Shown: piece after piece, positions 12,800-25,522 of the stretch | How positions within the stretch are numbered: position 1 is the first letter of the stretch | Layout of the letters: every line of letters starts with the position of its first letter | NCBI RefSeq assembly: GCF_963921235.1 | Contig: NC_086097.1 | Coordinates: forward strand, 233,122,001 to 233,186,000 | Length of the DNA: 64,000 bases | Direction: 5' to 3' | Origin: Mobula hypostoma | Taxonomy: Eukaryota | The notes under the pieces: model-generated | What the model was told of the DNA's origin: nothing | Seen by the model: the letters and a program-made list of their open reading frames with translations, nothing else | The model's database searches: none | Made by a program: the position numbers and the translations under genes

Positions 12800-14050
12800 A
12801 TTGGAATGTGCATACTTCCATGTGTTATTGCTGAACCCTATCCCAATCCATGAAGTACTGTACCTGCACCACACTCAGCGAGATGTCAAGAGGCACCACA
12901 CAGAATAGACCAGAGACTTATCTGCCAAGGGGAAGAAGGGGAGCAAGGACAAGAAGTCATCGGCTTGAAATGGGAAACGTGGAATGCTGGGTGAAACTTC
13001 ATTGATGATTGTAGGTCCAGACTAGGAAGCTCAATTGATAATCTTCTACACTACGGTTCGTCCCACATAGAATGTGGCCAATTTGCGGCTCTCAGCTTTC
13101 AGATGAAAATCTCCAGACATCAGCCAGACTTTTCCCTTGGCTTGAGAGATCTCATCTGTTGGCAGTTCCGATCAGCCTGCTATGCATATTGTTTCTGAGT
13201 GTGCAGCAGAGAAGCATTGACCTGTCACCATGTGTACTTGGAGCATCGGACCAATTGTTCAGCAGCAGGGACACCCATGTCAATCTCTTGCTCAGGGAAG
13301 AGTGGTGGCCGGAATCCCTTTTGGAATCAAAGAGGGATGTGCCAGTGAAGGACAACTGGGCGTTATTGTGGGCAGTCTCTGCCCAAACAGTTTGGGAGTT
13401 CCAGGTTATGGGGTTGGAAGAGACAAGGCAGTCCCGGGTTGTCTCCAGCTCCTGATTCACTCTCACAGTCTGGCTTTTAGAATGGGGGTGAAAACCTGAT
13501 GAGAGGCTGTGGCTCCCAAAAGAGAACAGAGAGCTTTCCAAAAAAGGATGTGAACTGTGGTCAAGGTACTCATAATGGCCCATGGAGGTGTGGAATGCTG
13601 TCTTCCACTCGTCCCCTTCTTGGATATGAACCCAGTTGTAAACATTGTGCAGATCTGTCTTGGAGAATATGGTTGCTCCTTGGACATGTTCAAATGCAGG
13701 GGCAAGCAGGGGAAGAGAGTAGTGGCTCTTCACTCTGATGTTGTTGAGGGGCCAATAATCAATGTAGGGATGGAGCTTTTCATCCTTCTTGCTCACAAAA
13801 GGTTGAGGTTGATGGATGGATAAGTCATAAGGCCAATGTCTCCTTTATTTATTTTCCATAGTCACCATTTCAGGATGAGAGACGGAAAAAAGTTGGGCCT
13901 CAGGAGGACTAGTACTGTCTAAGAGGTCAATGGCATTGTAGCTTGGCAGGTTGTCAATTTGAATGGCTAGATTTATCAGGTCATCCAAGCTGTCCTGCTT
14001 GTCACACATTGTGATTTCATGGGTTAAATGTTCAGCACTAAGGTTCACTG
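12800..14050 (-). mobile_element. Heavily deleted Gypsy (chromovirus/sushi-like) internal remnant: gag, RT, integrase and chromodomain pieces
   Basis: SLDDLINLAIQIDN (gag); [27 protein letters not shown] (RT); SSGFHP..RVNQELE..WAETAHN (integrase); FHPAFHVSHFKP at ~12960-12997; QVQYFMDW at ~12842-12865. Confidence 0.85.
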
Positions 14051-14667
14051 CAGATTAAAAAAGGAGGTCACCAAGTGCACAAATACAGGAAAAGAATGAC
14101 ACACCAAATAGTAATCCAATTGACACTTGGGATTCCAGATTTCTCAAGTCTCTGCCCACATACGATAAATAAGATTGCTTTATTTATGTGCCTACTTCAC
14201 ATATATGTCAAGTAAGCCTTCCTAATTACCTCTACTGGTGTTTCTTATGCAATTGTTCATAGTCTGCAGAAGTAAATGACCACCATTCAGATCCAGCAGA
14301 TTTATTTGAATTAGAAACAGAGTTTTAGAAATGCTCAGCAGGTCAGGCAGCATCCGCGGAGAGAAAATGAAGTTAATATTTCAGTCGGATGGCTTTTCAT
14401 CAGACCTAGGGCAAAAATCAGAAATCAAGCATATTTTATATTGCAGGCGATGTGAGGAGTGGAAAGAATACATGGAGTGTCTGACTGAATGATATAACTG
14501 GTGGTGATGCTGGCTGAGAGAGGTTGCTGAAGATTTGCTATTCATAGCTCATGTGGAGAGAGCAGAGCAGCACTGGAGTGAATCCCTCAGCCCATTGACG
14601 GAATTTGAAGATAAAGGAGGGCATCAGAGAGAGGAAAAGTGACAATAATTAAGATATCCAAGCACTT

Positions 14668-15055
14668 GTTCGTTTGTTTGTTATGTTCATTATGTGCCGT
14701 GCCATACGACATAGGCGATCATGGTCTTTCCATAACCGTGATTGTTCTTGGCAATTTTTTCTTCAGAAATGGTTTGCCATTGTCTTCTTCTGAGCAGTGT
14801 CTTTACAAGATGGGTGACACCAGCCATTACAAATACTCTTCAGAGATTGCCTTCCCACCGTCAATAGTCGCACAACCAGGATGTGATATGCACCAGGTGC
14901 TTATACGACCATTCACCGCCTGCTCTCTTGGCTTCAAATGAGCTTGATCGGGGTGGGGGTCCTAAACAGCTGCTACACGGGTGATCTGCAGGCTAGTGGA
15001 GGGAAAGGGTGCCTTACACCTCCTTTAGTAGAGACGTATCTCCGCCCCACCACCC
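14668..15055 (-). mobile_element. SINE-like element with a BovB/RTE-type 3' tail
   Basis: ttggcaa..agaaatggtttgccattgtcttcttc resembles RTE/BovB-tail SINEs; short tandem (gttt) terminus. Confidence 0.6.
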
Positions 15056-15107
15056 GATACAAAACAATGCTGAAATAGAAGAAAATGCTGGTAAGTATCA
15101 GCAGAAG

Positions 15108-15410
15108 ATTCAAGATACTACGTATGTTTATTATCAAAAAATGTATAAATTACACAACCTTGAGATTTGTCTGCTTACAGGCAGCTGCAAAACAAGAAGC
15201 TTTAAATAACCCAAGTACAAAAAAAAGATCAGACCTCAATACGCAGAGAAAGAGTGTAAAAATCACAAATCATGCAAACAATAGAAGTGAGCAACACTAA
15301 TAGCATTCCGAACCGAACTGTGTCCTTAGATCCAAATCCCCAGAGCAGCCTGAAGTAGGCCCAAAGCCTCGGAATTCCATTCATCATATTAGCAGGGCCA
15401 ATTGTTGCAA
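15108..15410 (-). mobile_element. Rex-tail non-coding fragment
   Basis: tttattatcaaa..tacacaaccttgagatttgtctgcttacaggcagc, homologous to 34620-34830. Confidence 0.6.
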
Positions 15411-16317
15411 AGTTGCAACAATTGTAACAATAGGGAAAAAGCTTAAATTAATAATGCAGGTTATAACTTTTCATCCAAAGTTTTGATGCAAATGCAAAAG
15501 GTTGGGTGTTTGAAATTAAATTTTACGTTGCCCTCTGAGGGCTGAAACGTTCCTAGTCAGAAGATGGAGTTGTTTTCAAAACTTACACTGTACTTTGTCA
15601 GAACACTCTGTAAGAGGCCAAAAGATGGAGAGGTCAGAGTGAGAGACAAATGAGGTTAAAATTAAAGTGACAGGCAAGAGGAAGTTTAAGGGCACCCAAA
15701 CAGACTAAGCAGAGGTGGTTGCAGAGGGGTGATGAAATCTGTGCTGCTTTCTCCAATGTAGATGAGCCGTGAACACTGAACGCATACAACGAATGGGATT
15801 AAATCATCACATTCACTATGAAGTTGTTACATTATGAAAAGTGCTGCTGTGTTTTGTTTTGATCCTTATAGTTTCACCTTAAAATTATTGTGGAGTTTAG
15901 GTTTTCCTCTTGTTGCCATGGTATCCTCATGACTGCAGAAGGGCATGGGACAGGGCGACATGATTAGAAACCCTCATTAGCTCCGCAAAGTCATTGATCA
16001 CTCATGTCTGGGAGGTGGCGGAAGGGCCCACCTGAGAATAATCAGGTGATATTTTATTTTTAGCAAGCAGAGATGAAATCTAGATACTCTTACATGCTGG
16101 AGAAAAAGGAGAAAGGTGCTTTGAGATTCTGTCCTTTAGAATCTAGGCTCTGCGGGTTATGCAATATAATTTCAAATCTACTTTGAAGGAAAATTAGCCC
16201 TGTTCCTGTCTTCTGTTTACTGTATATAGCTGCCTGAGGAAACTGGTAAATGCTGTTTTCTTTTCTGAAGAATCCTACCATACAATGATAGACATGTCAT
16301 AGAGACATAATCATAGT

Positions 16318-17290
16318 TTAATGACTTGGATGAGGGAATTAAGTGCAACATCTCCAAGTTTGCGGATGACACGAAGCTGGGTGGCAGTGTTAGCTGTGAG
16401 GAGGATGCTAAGAGGATGCAGGGTGACTTGGATAGGTTGGGTGAGTGGGCAAATTCATGGCAGATGCAATTTAATGTGGATAAATGTGAAGTTATCCACT
16501 TTGGTGGCAAAAACAGGAAAACAGATTATTATCTGAATGGTGGCCGATTAGGAAAAGGGGAGGTGCAACGAGACCTGGGTGTCATTATACACCAGTCAAT
16601 GAAAGTGGGCATGCAGGTACAGCAGGCGGTGAAAAAGGCGAATGGTATGCTGGCATTTATAGCAAGAGGATTAGAGTACAGGAGCAGGGAGGTACTACTG
16701 CAGTTGTACAAGGCCTTGGTGAGACCACACCTGGAGTATTGTGTGCAGTTTTGGTCCCCTAATCTGAGGAAAGACATCCTTGCCATAGAGGGAGTACAAA
16801 GAAGGTTCACCAGATTGATTCCTGGGATGGCAGGACTTTCATATGATGAAAGACTTGATGAACTAGGCTTATACTCATTGGAATTTAGAAGATTAAGGGG
16901 GGATCTTATTGAAACGTATAAAATCCTAAAGGGATTGGACAGGCTAGATGCAGGAAGATTGTTCCCGATGTTGGGGAAGTCCAGAACGAGGGTTCACAGT
17001 TTGAGGATAAAGGAGAAGCCTTTTAGGACCGAGATTAGGAAAAACTTCTTCACACAGAGAGTGGTGAATCTGTGGAATTCTCTGCCACAGGAAACTGTTG
17101 AGGCCAGTTCATTGGCTATGTTTAAGAGGGAGTTAGATATAGCCCTTGTGGCTACAGGGGTCAGGGGGTATGGAGGGAAGGCTGGGGCGGGGTTCTGAGT
17201 TGGATGATCAGCCACGATCATACTGAATGGCGGTGCAGGCTCGAAGGGCCGAATGGCCTACTCCTGCACCTATTTTCTATGTTTCTATAG
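16318..17290 (+). mobile_element. Young 5'-truncated CR1 with an open 290-aa RT C-terminal ORF (16326-17198)
   Basis: SKFADDTKLGG, RPHLEYCVQFWSP, FFTQRVVNLWNSLP; tail ctattttctatgtttctat; near-identical to 62950-63933. Confidence 0.95.
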
Positions 17291-17990
17291 AACACTAGAG
17301 CACAGAAGGAAGCCCCTTGGCCCATGCCAAACTACTTTTCTGCCTATTCCCATTGACCTGCACCTGGACCACAGCCCTCCCTTCCCCTCCCAGCCATGCA
17401 CTTATTCAAATTTCTATTAAATTTTGAAATCAAATCCACATCCACCTCTTCTCCCGGCAGCTTGTTCCACACTCTCACCAGACTGAATGAACAGCTCCCC
17501 CTCATGTTCCCCTTAAACATTTTACCTTTCACCCTTAACCCATAACATCTAGCCCCGGTCTCACCCAGGTACATTTCGATGCCTGCAGCGTCCTAAGCCT
17601 GGTATATTTGTCTTACAACACACAGGAGGGGACAAAAGGGGACATGAGAGACAATGGTGAGAGGCTTAGAAAGAGTGGATTGGATGAAACTTCCCCTCGT
17701 GGCAGAGGTGTCTGAGAACAAAGAGCATCAGTTTATGGTGAGGAGGAAGAGAGCTAGAGGGGATCTGAAGAACACTTTTATCACCCAGAGGTTGGTTGAA
17801 ACTAGAAATGCAATGCCTGCAAATACAGTGGAGCAAGGGGCTCTTCCAAAATTTACAAAGCATCTCGATGAACACTTGATTCACCAGGGTATAGTAGGTT
17901 ATGGAGCAAGTGCTGTTAAGTAGGATTAATGTAGATAAGTACTTGGTTGGGATAGAAATAGAGAGTGAAAATGACCCTATGACTCTATGA
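17290..17990. mobile_element. Two old CR1 3' fragments (minus 17290-17570, plus 17650-17990)
   Basis: RVWNKLP and FITQRLVETRNAMP motifs; tail ctatgactctatga. Confidence 0.7.
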
Positions 17991-18006
17991 CAATGACACT
18001 ATGATA

Positions 18007-19036
18007 TCATCATCATCATCAGGTGCCGTGCCCAGTTTGAGCTTTGACTGCCATGGCCCACACACTCCTGTTTAGGGTCAAGTGGATCAATTCATTGGTA
18101 TTCATTTCCAGTTCTCTGGCTACTGTCTCCATCATCATTTTTCTTTGTCTTCCTCTTGCTTTCCTCCCTTCAATCTTTCCCATAATTACCGTGCATTCTA
18201 ACTCCTCTTTCCTAATCACATGTCCAATGTAGTCACGTTGCCTTTTCATGATCTCATACATTATTTCTCTTTTTGTGCTTCCTCTGTTCATGACATCCTC
18301 ATTAGATATTCATTTCGTCCATGATATTCTTTGCATCCTCCCCAAAAACCACATCTCTGCTGCTTCAATTCATTTCCTCATGTTACTAGATATTGTCCAA
18401 CATTCTGATCCATATAACATAACTGTATAAACATAGCATTTCAGTGATCTGAGGAGGGTTGTCGTGCCTAGTTCAGTGTTGGTCAGTATACTCTTCATTC
18501 TCGTAAAGGTGTCTTTTGCTATCCCTGTTCTTCTTTTGATGTCCATGTCGCACCTGCCATCTGATGTCACCCAGCTTCCTAAGTTGCAAAAGTTCTTACT
18601 TGTTTTATGTCTTCCCCATTTATTCTCAGCCTGCAGATAAGATTCTCCTTTTTGGATATCACCATACATTCTGTCTGTTTGCAATTGATAGATAGACCCA
18701 TTTTTGCACTTTCTTCAACAACTATATCAATTAAGTTTTGTAGTTCTTCCTCCGTACTTGCAATTAAAACAGTGTCATCTGCATTTCTGAAATTATTGAC
18801 GTTTTCACCACCAACTTTGATTCCCAAGATGTCTCTTATTTTTTGTAATATTGTTTCACTGTACACATTAAATGAATCAGGGGAGAAAACACAGCTTTGT
18901 CTAACGTCTCTCTTGATTTTCGTAAACTGACTCACTTCCCCATCTATTCTTACAGCAGCAGTTTGTTCCTAGTACAGATTTCTGAATAGGCGGAGGTCTT
19001 TCAAATCTAGATCTAGAGTTCTCTGTAATATTTCAA
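18007..19036 (-). mobile_element. RTE-clade LINE, 5'-truncated RT C-terminus
   Basis: VRQSCVFSP..FN.YSE, NFRNADDTVLIA, LGSWVTSDGRC, YGSECWT, GKIEGRKARGRQR; (TGA)n tail. Confidence 0.93.
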
Positions 19037-20089
19037 ACGTGTTACTATAATAACTCAATAAATGGCACAAGTCTGAACCGGGTGGTTTCTGGTAACAGGC
19101 AGGGATCTCAATAATATATGGAAATCCAAGTTTCCAGTATCATCGTTCACACATCCACCAAGGTGCCATTGACAGTTCTTCACTACAGTTCACAAACCAG
19201 AGACAATATAATCCAGTAGGTGCCCATTTTTAGCAGTACTTGGGATCCACAGCTGCAATTAGCTACTCACATCTTACTTTCTCCAAGGAAGCTTCCAGAT
19301 CCAAGTCCTTGCCAGTGTAAAAAAAAAATCCCACATTTTAAGACCCTGTTGCTCTGTTTCACTCACACCACACAGATCTGTCCTTCTTAAAGTCCTTAAA
19401 AGAAGATCCCAACTGTATTTCTGCCGTCTGTACTGAGGACGGTCTACATGTAGCACCATTAACTTGGTATCTTGGTTAAATGCAAACATGATTAAGCTGT
19501 CAAAGTTAGTCATGCCTCCTGCTGATCATCATAAAGGGAGTGCAATAGATGACACGCAAGCCCACCTCTTCTCCTTTATTCCTATATTAGTTCCATATTC
19601 AGTGGAACCAGTGTTACTATCCAACACAAGGGGCATGACTGAATTTCATTTGTTAGTTCCCGTGAGAATCACCAGCTAAAAACAATGCACAGATCAACAC
19701 GTTCTTGATTTCTGCACCTGAACATTGTAACTCAGAAGTCAAGATTGTAATGCTGGAACATCTGACTATGTCAGTGCGACCTGTTCAATTCACAAATGCT
19801 GCTGGCCTCTACATTGCCCAGTTGATGCTGGGATACCTGAACTCTCACTCCACTTCTGATCTCAGCAGAGCTGAGTTGAGATCTGGAGTGTTCCTGGTAT
19901 CGGGCTATTCAGCTTCATGCCAGAATTGGTGTGACCTCTTCCACTTGAACGAGGGAACCAATCTGATTATAAATTCAACAGTAGGTAATTGTTTTCCTTC
20001 TCTTCTTATACTGTGAGTTCACCCCCAGGATTTATTTCAATAGTTTAAAAAAATCAATATATTGACAAGCCAGCTGTTGTCTGAATGGA

Positions 20090-20320
20090 ATAGATAGGCC
20101 AATAGAGTAGAGAAAGATGTAAAAGGCATGTCATAGTGGGTGACTTTAACTTCACTAATACTGACTGGGACTTTCTTAGTGCAAGAGGCTTAGATGGGAC
20201 AGAAGACAGAATTTCTTTAGTGCATCTAAGAAGGTTTCTTGAAAAAAATACATGAATATTCCAACTAGAGGAGGGAACATATTGGATAATGAGCCCAGTC
20301 TTTCAGTGGGAGAGCCATCA
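20090..20320 (+). mobile_element. Old CR1 endonuclease fragment
   Basis: gtcatagtgggtgactttaacttc..gactggga encodes VIVGDFNF..DW. Confidence 0.65.
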
Positions 20321-20442
20321 GGACTTGAGTAGATTCTCTAGCAATAAACAATTTCATGTACCTTGCCAGCTACCTCTTATGATTTAAGCCTCAGCAATGA
20401 CTGAGGTTGTAATTTGATTCAGAATCATAGTTGAGACTAATC

Positions 20443-20573
20443 ACAAGCAAGGGAAAATCTGCAGATGCTGGAAATCCGAGCGACACACACAAAATGCTGC
20501 AGGAGCTCAGCAGGCCAGGTAGCATCTATGGAAAAGAATAGAGTTGACATTTCGGGCCGAGACCCTTCGCGGG
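20443..20573 (-). mobile_element. Short Penelope-type terminal fragment
   Basis: 16-bp TSD ATAGTTGAGACTAATC (20427-20442 and 20574-20589); homologous to 41829-42049 and 60960-61078. Confidence 0.85.
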
Positions 20574-20730
20574 ATAGTTGAGACTAATCCTGCACATATC
20601 TGATGTCACCAATATGGCACTTCAACAAGTGTCAGATGGCAATCAAGAGCGCAAAACCTTGATGATTTTCTCCGCCTTTTGGAGACTTGAAAGCCAATTG
20701 TGAAACTTAATTCGATTGCACGTGTTACTG

Positions 20731-21499
20731 TCATCATCATCATCAGGTACCATGCCCAGTTTGAGCTTTGACTGCCATGGCCCACACACTCCTGTTTCGA
20801 GTCAAGTGGATCAATTCAATGGTATTCATTTCCAGTTCTCTGGCTGCTGTCTCCATCATTATTTGTCTTTGTCTTCCTCTTGCTTTCCTCCCTTCAATCT
20901 TTCCCATAATTACCGTGCATTCTAACTCCTCTTTCCTAATCACATGTCCAATGTAGTCACGTTGCCTTTTCATGATCTCATACATTATTTCTCTTTTTGT
21001 GCTTCCTCTGTTCATGACATCCTCATTAGATATTCATTTCGTCCATGATATTCTTTGCATCCTCCCCAAAAACCACATCTCTGCTGCTTCAATTCATTTC
21101 CTCATGTTACTAGATATTGTCCAACATTCTGATCCATATAACATAACTGTATAAACATAACATTTCAGTGCTCTGAGGCGGGTTGTCATGCCTAGTTCAG
21201 TGTTGGTCAGTGTACTCTTCATTCTCGTAAAGGTGTCTTTTGCTATCCCTATTCTTCTTTTGATGTCCATGTCGCACCTGCCATCTGATGTCACCCAGCT
21301 TCCTAAGTTGCAAAAGTTCTTACTTGTTTTATGTCTTCCCCATTTATTCTCAGCCTGCAGATAAGATTCTCCTTTTTGGATATCACCATACATTCTGTCT
21401 TTTTGCAATTGATAGGTAGACCCACTTTTGCACTTTCTTCAACAACTATATCAATTAAGTTTTGTAGTTCTTCCTCCGTACTTGCAATTAAAACAGTGT
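20731..21499 (-). mobile_element. RTE-clade LINE, 5'-truncated
   Basis: Near-identical to 18007-18775. Confidence 0.93.
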
Positions 21500-22319
21500 G
21501 GCACTATGATATACTGTATATAAAAACAGAATTTTGAGATTGGGCGATTCTTTATGTAAATGTTCAGTCATTTCAGACCAGGATAATGTAAGGTCCACAT
21601 TAAAGAAAATATCTCTCCGAAAGCAGCTGTACGTGATCTAAAGAGAATGCCTGCTCTGTATCTGCTGTTATAGTCACTCATTCTCAAAATTATCCTGAAA
21701 TGATTGGCTTCATGACAATAGTTACTCAAAGCCCATTCTAATAGCACGTTATCAGTACTAAACAGATGCAACATTCTGAGAAAAGTAAAGGCTAGTCAGC
21801 ACCTTAATGACTATTTAACCATTAAGATGCTACAGTAATGTGCTAGAATCAATCAACAAGTGATTAAATTTGTATTAATTTCACAGCTGATAATTACAAT
21901 TTAAAATGTCCATCAATAAACATTTTGTTCAATGTCGAAGTGACCATTGTTCTGCTCCAATTTTAAACTAATTACAAATTGTTGCAATTTATTCTGGCAT
22001 CCTAAAAGACATATAATGTAGGTTTCTCCTTGTGAATTATTGAAAACCTTTCCTGGCTATCATGTTTGGATGATGAAGAGCATTATAAGCATCTGTTCTC
22101 TCCTTGACAGTTAATTACAGAAATAAATAGGTTCCAACACAGAAAGAGATGGAATTTCTTCTCCCAAAGGGCATGAAACCTCTGTCCAAGTGGGCTCAGA
22201 CACTGAGATATTCAAGGTAGAGAGAGAATTTTGGATATTGAGGAAATCAAAGAAAATGGGGTGAGTGGCTCTGAATAGGTGTTAGTTTTTCATTGGTCAA
22301 TGGTAGCATCTGCTAAGGA

Positions 22320-22550
22320 GCGACTGATTGCTTCGTGATGTTACACTATTACAGAGCCAGTGACCAAAGTTCAGTTCCCGCTGCTGTCTATAGGTTCTCA
22401 ACGTGATTCCATGGGCTTCCTCCAGGTGCTCTGGTTTCCTTCCACGTTTCCAAAGACGTGCAAGTCAAAGGGTCACATGGATGTAATTGGGTGGTGTGGG
22501 CTGGTTGGGCCTGAAAGGCCTTTTACTGCATTGTACACCAAAGTGATAAC
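22320..22550 (+). mobile_element. V-SINE-like (HE1-type) SINE with a CR1-like tail
   Basis: B-box-like gttcagttccc; V-domain ttcctccaggtgctctggtttcc; tail gggcctgaaaggcc. Confidence 0.7.
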
Positions 22551-23074
22551 AAAGGAATGAGCTGAAATCAACAAGATTTTATATCTAGCTGTGTACCAAG
22601 TCTGTGCTGTTCTCTATACTGACAGTTACTGAATACATTGGAAAATGGGAATATATTGATCATCAACTCACAAACACAGTAAAGGCAACACTATTACAGC
22701 GTGGGGGGATGGAGTCAGAATTTGGAGTTACCCACAGTTAAAGAGGTACTGGGTAATAGATTAATTGGTCATATGAATTGTCCTGTGATTAGGCTATGGT
22801 TAAATAGGTGCTTTGTAGGGCTGTGTGGCTCGTTGGGCTGGAATGGTCTATACCGCACTGGGTCTCTAAATAAAATAAAATAAATAAACATGTCCCCCAC
22901 TGGCTGCTGGTAAAGCCTCAATGGAAGAAATCAGCTGGTGTCAGCAGGCAGGAGTGTAAGACCTGCAGGCATAGAAAATGAGAATGCTGCCGAGGTTGGT
23001 CTCTTGCTAAATGTTCAGTGCATAGTTGTGATATTCCTAGCTGGTTCTCTTTTGTAAGTAGAATGACAAATTCA

Positions 23075-23625
23075 CAAAGTTCAAAGGTTCAATTTATTGT
23101 CAAGGAATGCATGTACAATACAACTCTGATATTTGCCTTCTCCAGATAAATCATGAAATGCAGAAAGACCATGGGTGTTGTTGAAAGAAAAGACATCAGC
23201 TCCACTTCGCCCCTCCCGGCAAGAAAAAGAAACAAAACTCGCAAATCCCAAAGCCCCCACCTCCTCCCCACAGAAAAAAACAGTGACAATAACATTCCCA
23301 AACCCCCTCACTCGCAGAAAAAAACAGAGGCGGAGCAACAAATTCCCAAACCCACCCCTGCAGAAACACAAGGCAGCAACAACAACAATCCCTGACTCCC
23401 CGCCACACGTAAGAAAAGAACAGCGATAGCAGAATCAAAACACGCAGCACCCCCCACACACAAAAAACTAACAGATCACCTACCTGCCAAACAGCCACAG
23501 GAAGAAAATGCTGGAAAGCTGAAGAAGACCAATATAGAGTACAGTCCAATAATTACATAAATCTCAGAATACTGAAAACATCTTTCCATCGGCATGAGGA
23601 CAGCGGCTGCACGAGCTCAGTCCTT
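23075..23625 (-). mobile_element. Rex-tail non-coding element
   Basis: caaagttcaaaggttcaatttattgtcaag..tacaactctga; body similar to the reverse of 3200-3596. Confidence 0.6.
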
Positions 23626-23839
23626 CCATGAAGAGTGACAACAGCGGGTCCTTAAAAAGTCAGAAAGAGATACAAAATTGGAACAAACTCTTAGACTTAT
23701 TGAAAAGTAAATGCCCTCTACAGTACGCCAACACTAATCACATTGTATTCATTCCATATTCCCATCAATTCCTCTCAGACTCTACGAGTCACAAGAGGCA
23801 ATTTGGAATGGCCAGTTAATCTACCAACTCAGACGTCTC

Positions 23840-24030
23840 AGGGCCTGTATTCACTGGAGTTTGGGGGGTGGGATCTCATTGAAATCTATTGGATATTGAA
23901 AAGACTGGATAGAGCAGATGTGGAGCGGGCCAAAGGGCATAGCCTCAGAATGCAAACATGTCCCTTTAGAAATGAGCTGTGGAGGAAATTCTTTAGCCAG
24001 ATTGTGGCAAATCTGTGGAATTCATTGCCA
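23840..24030 (+). mobile_element. CR1 3' fragment
   Basis: GLYSLEF..DLIEIY..FFSQIVANLWNSLP in ORF 23743..24099. Confidence 0.75.
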
Positions 24031-24092
24031 AAAGTAGATGAGAAGGCATTGGGACCATTGGCATTGCCCATGGGCTTCTCTCAACTTTGGAA

Positions 24093-24854
24093 AGAATGAG
24101 TCTGTCAGGATCTGTGGTGATTTTAGGGTCATTATCAACCTAGCACTGAAAGTAAGCCAGTACCTCTGCCCAGGATAGAGATGATCTTTATCACTATAAT
24201 GGGCTTATTTCTGGAGTAGCATTTGCACCTGCACTCTAGCACGTAGTTACGGAGCAGGTACTGCAAGGCTATTCAGGCACTCAGTGTTACCTGCATGACA
24301 TTATTTTTATTGGCAAGGATGACACGGAACTCCTATAAGCAGACTGGATTAGGTCACTGAGCCCATTTCCCATCACCTGTAGGTGCGGTAGGAGGACCCT
24401 TTCAAATCGCAAGATATTGCTAAAAACATAAGAAGATTATGGGCTCAGAGCGCAACACAACACGTGTGAATTCTTTAAACTAAACATCACTTACTGTGGT
24501 CACACAATTGATGCACAAGTTTTACACAAGTGTACTGAGAAAATTCAAGCAGTGGTGAATGCCCCAAGGCCAAAAGATATGTCAGAGTTGCAGTCCTTTT
24601 TAGGATTTGTCAATTGCTAAGACAAGTTCCTGCCAAACATGGCTACTGTTCTCCACCCCTTGAACTCATTACAACAGATCGGGAAGAAATGGCAATCGAC
24701 ATAGAAGTGTGAAGTTGTTTTTAAAAATATAAAGGAAATGGTAATGTCGGACACTGTACTCAGACATTATGGACCACTTCGTCCAGTGAAACTTGCCCGT
24801 GATACCTCACCTTATGGTATACATGCAGTCATATAGACATGTGTATGCATATAG

Positions 24855-24894
<40 letters not shown>

Positions 24895-24960
24895 TATAAG
24901 TATGTATATGTTAGGATATATTCTATATTGAGTTGGAGTCTATAGCTAAGCAGGGAGGAG
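24093..24960 (+). mobile_element. Gypsy (Mag-like) pol RT/RNase H remnant and polypurine tract: inverted 3' half of a provirus
   Basis: SVRICGDF, YLHDI, APRPKDMSELQSFLG, KLARDTSPYG; PPT aagcagggaggag at 24948-24960; (TG)n at 24860-24893. Confidence 0.85.
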
Positions 24961-25207
24961 GGTCATGTATTTAACATTTCAGAAATATTTGAGTAATATT
25001 GTAAATATATTGTTTGATTAAGCATTCTTTGTAGCTTACATAATGCATTGAGGGTTATATGTAAAAGTACATGTATGGCATACATCACCACGCTACCTCA
25101 TTATATGTGCGTGCCTTACTTAAAGTTAAAACAAAACTAAGATGCACATTCCTGGCTCTGTTTTTCCTTTCAATAAGCTTTATGGTTTGAAGTTACAAAA
25201 CATAACA
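24961..25207 (+). mobile_element. 3' LTR of the Gypsy provirus
   Basis: Follows the PPT, ends CATAACA, and is homologous to the reverse complement of 29925-30156. Confidence 0.85.
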
Positions 25208-25231
25208 CAAAGAAACTTTGGAGTCCTCATG

Positions 25232-25522
25232 TCTTCATGTGAGCTAGCTCACTGGCTACTTTATCATGGATAGTATAAGGAACTGGGCAGGCTTTGTTAA
25301 ACTTGGGTGTCGCATTTTCATTTAACACTATTTTACCCTTGATATATTCGGGTTTTTCAATGACATCCTTGAGCACTGCTGTGGTATCATTCAGTACCTT
25401 TCTTAATTCACTTTCTGTTGATTCTATTACAGGGGATGTGGCACGCAAAATTGCAGGTGAATCTCCAGTAAAGTTGTAGTTTACTGGAGATTCGGCCAAT
25501 CATACCCCCATAATGCTCGCCT
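25232..25522 (-). mobile_element. Gypsy protease-RT linker
   Basis: KGKIVLNENATPKFNKACPVPYTIHDKVASEL. Confidence 0.8.

Larger units (their letters stand above)
14300..15830 (-). mobile_element. Degenerate Penelope-like element (GIY-YIG remnant and terminal hammerhead), interrupted by two insertions
   Basis: Minus-strand VCVQCSRLIYIGES..LACHFN at ~15660-15790; terminal block cagcaggtcaggcagcatc..tttcag..ttcatcaga at 14330-14405. Confidence 0.6.

Noticed and set aside
14975..15055. HDV-like ribozyme at the head of the BovB-tail SINE (GGGTGGT could pair with ATCACCC)
   Set aside because: No GG for P1.1, and no convincing P2 or J4/2 in this copy; the family consensus is still worth testing.
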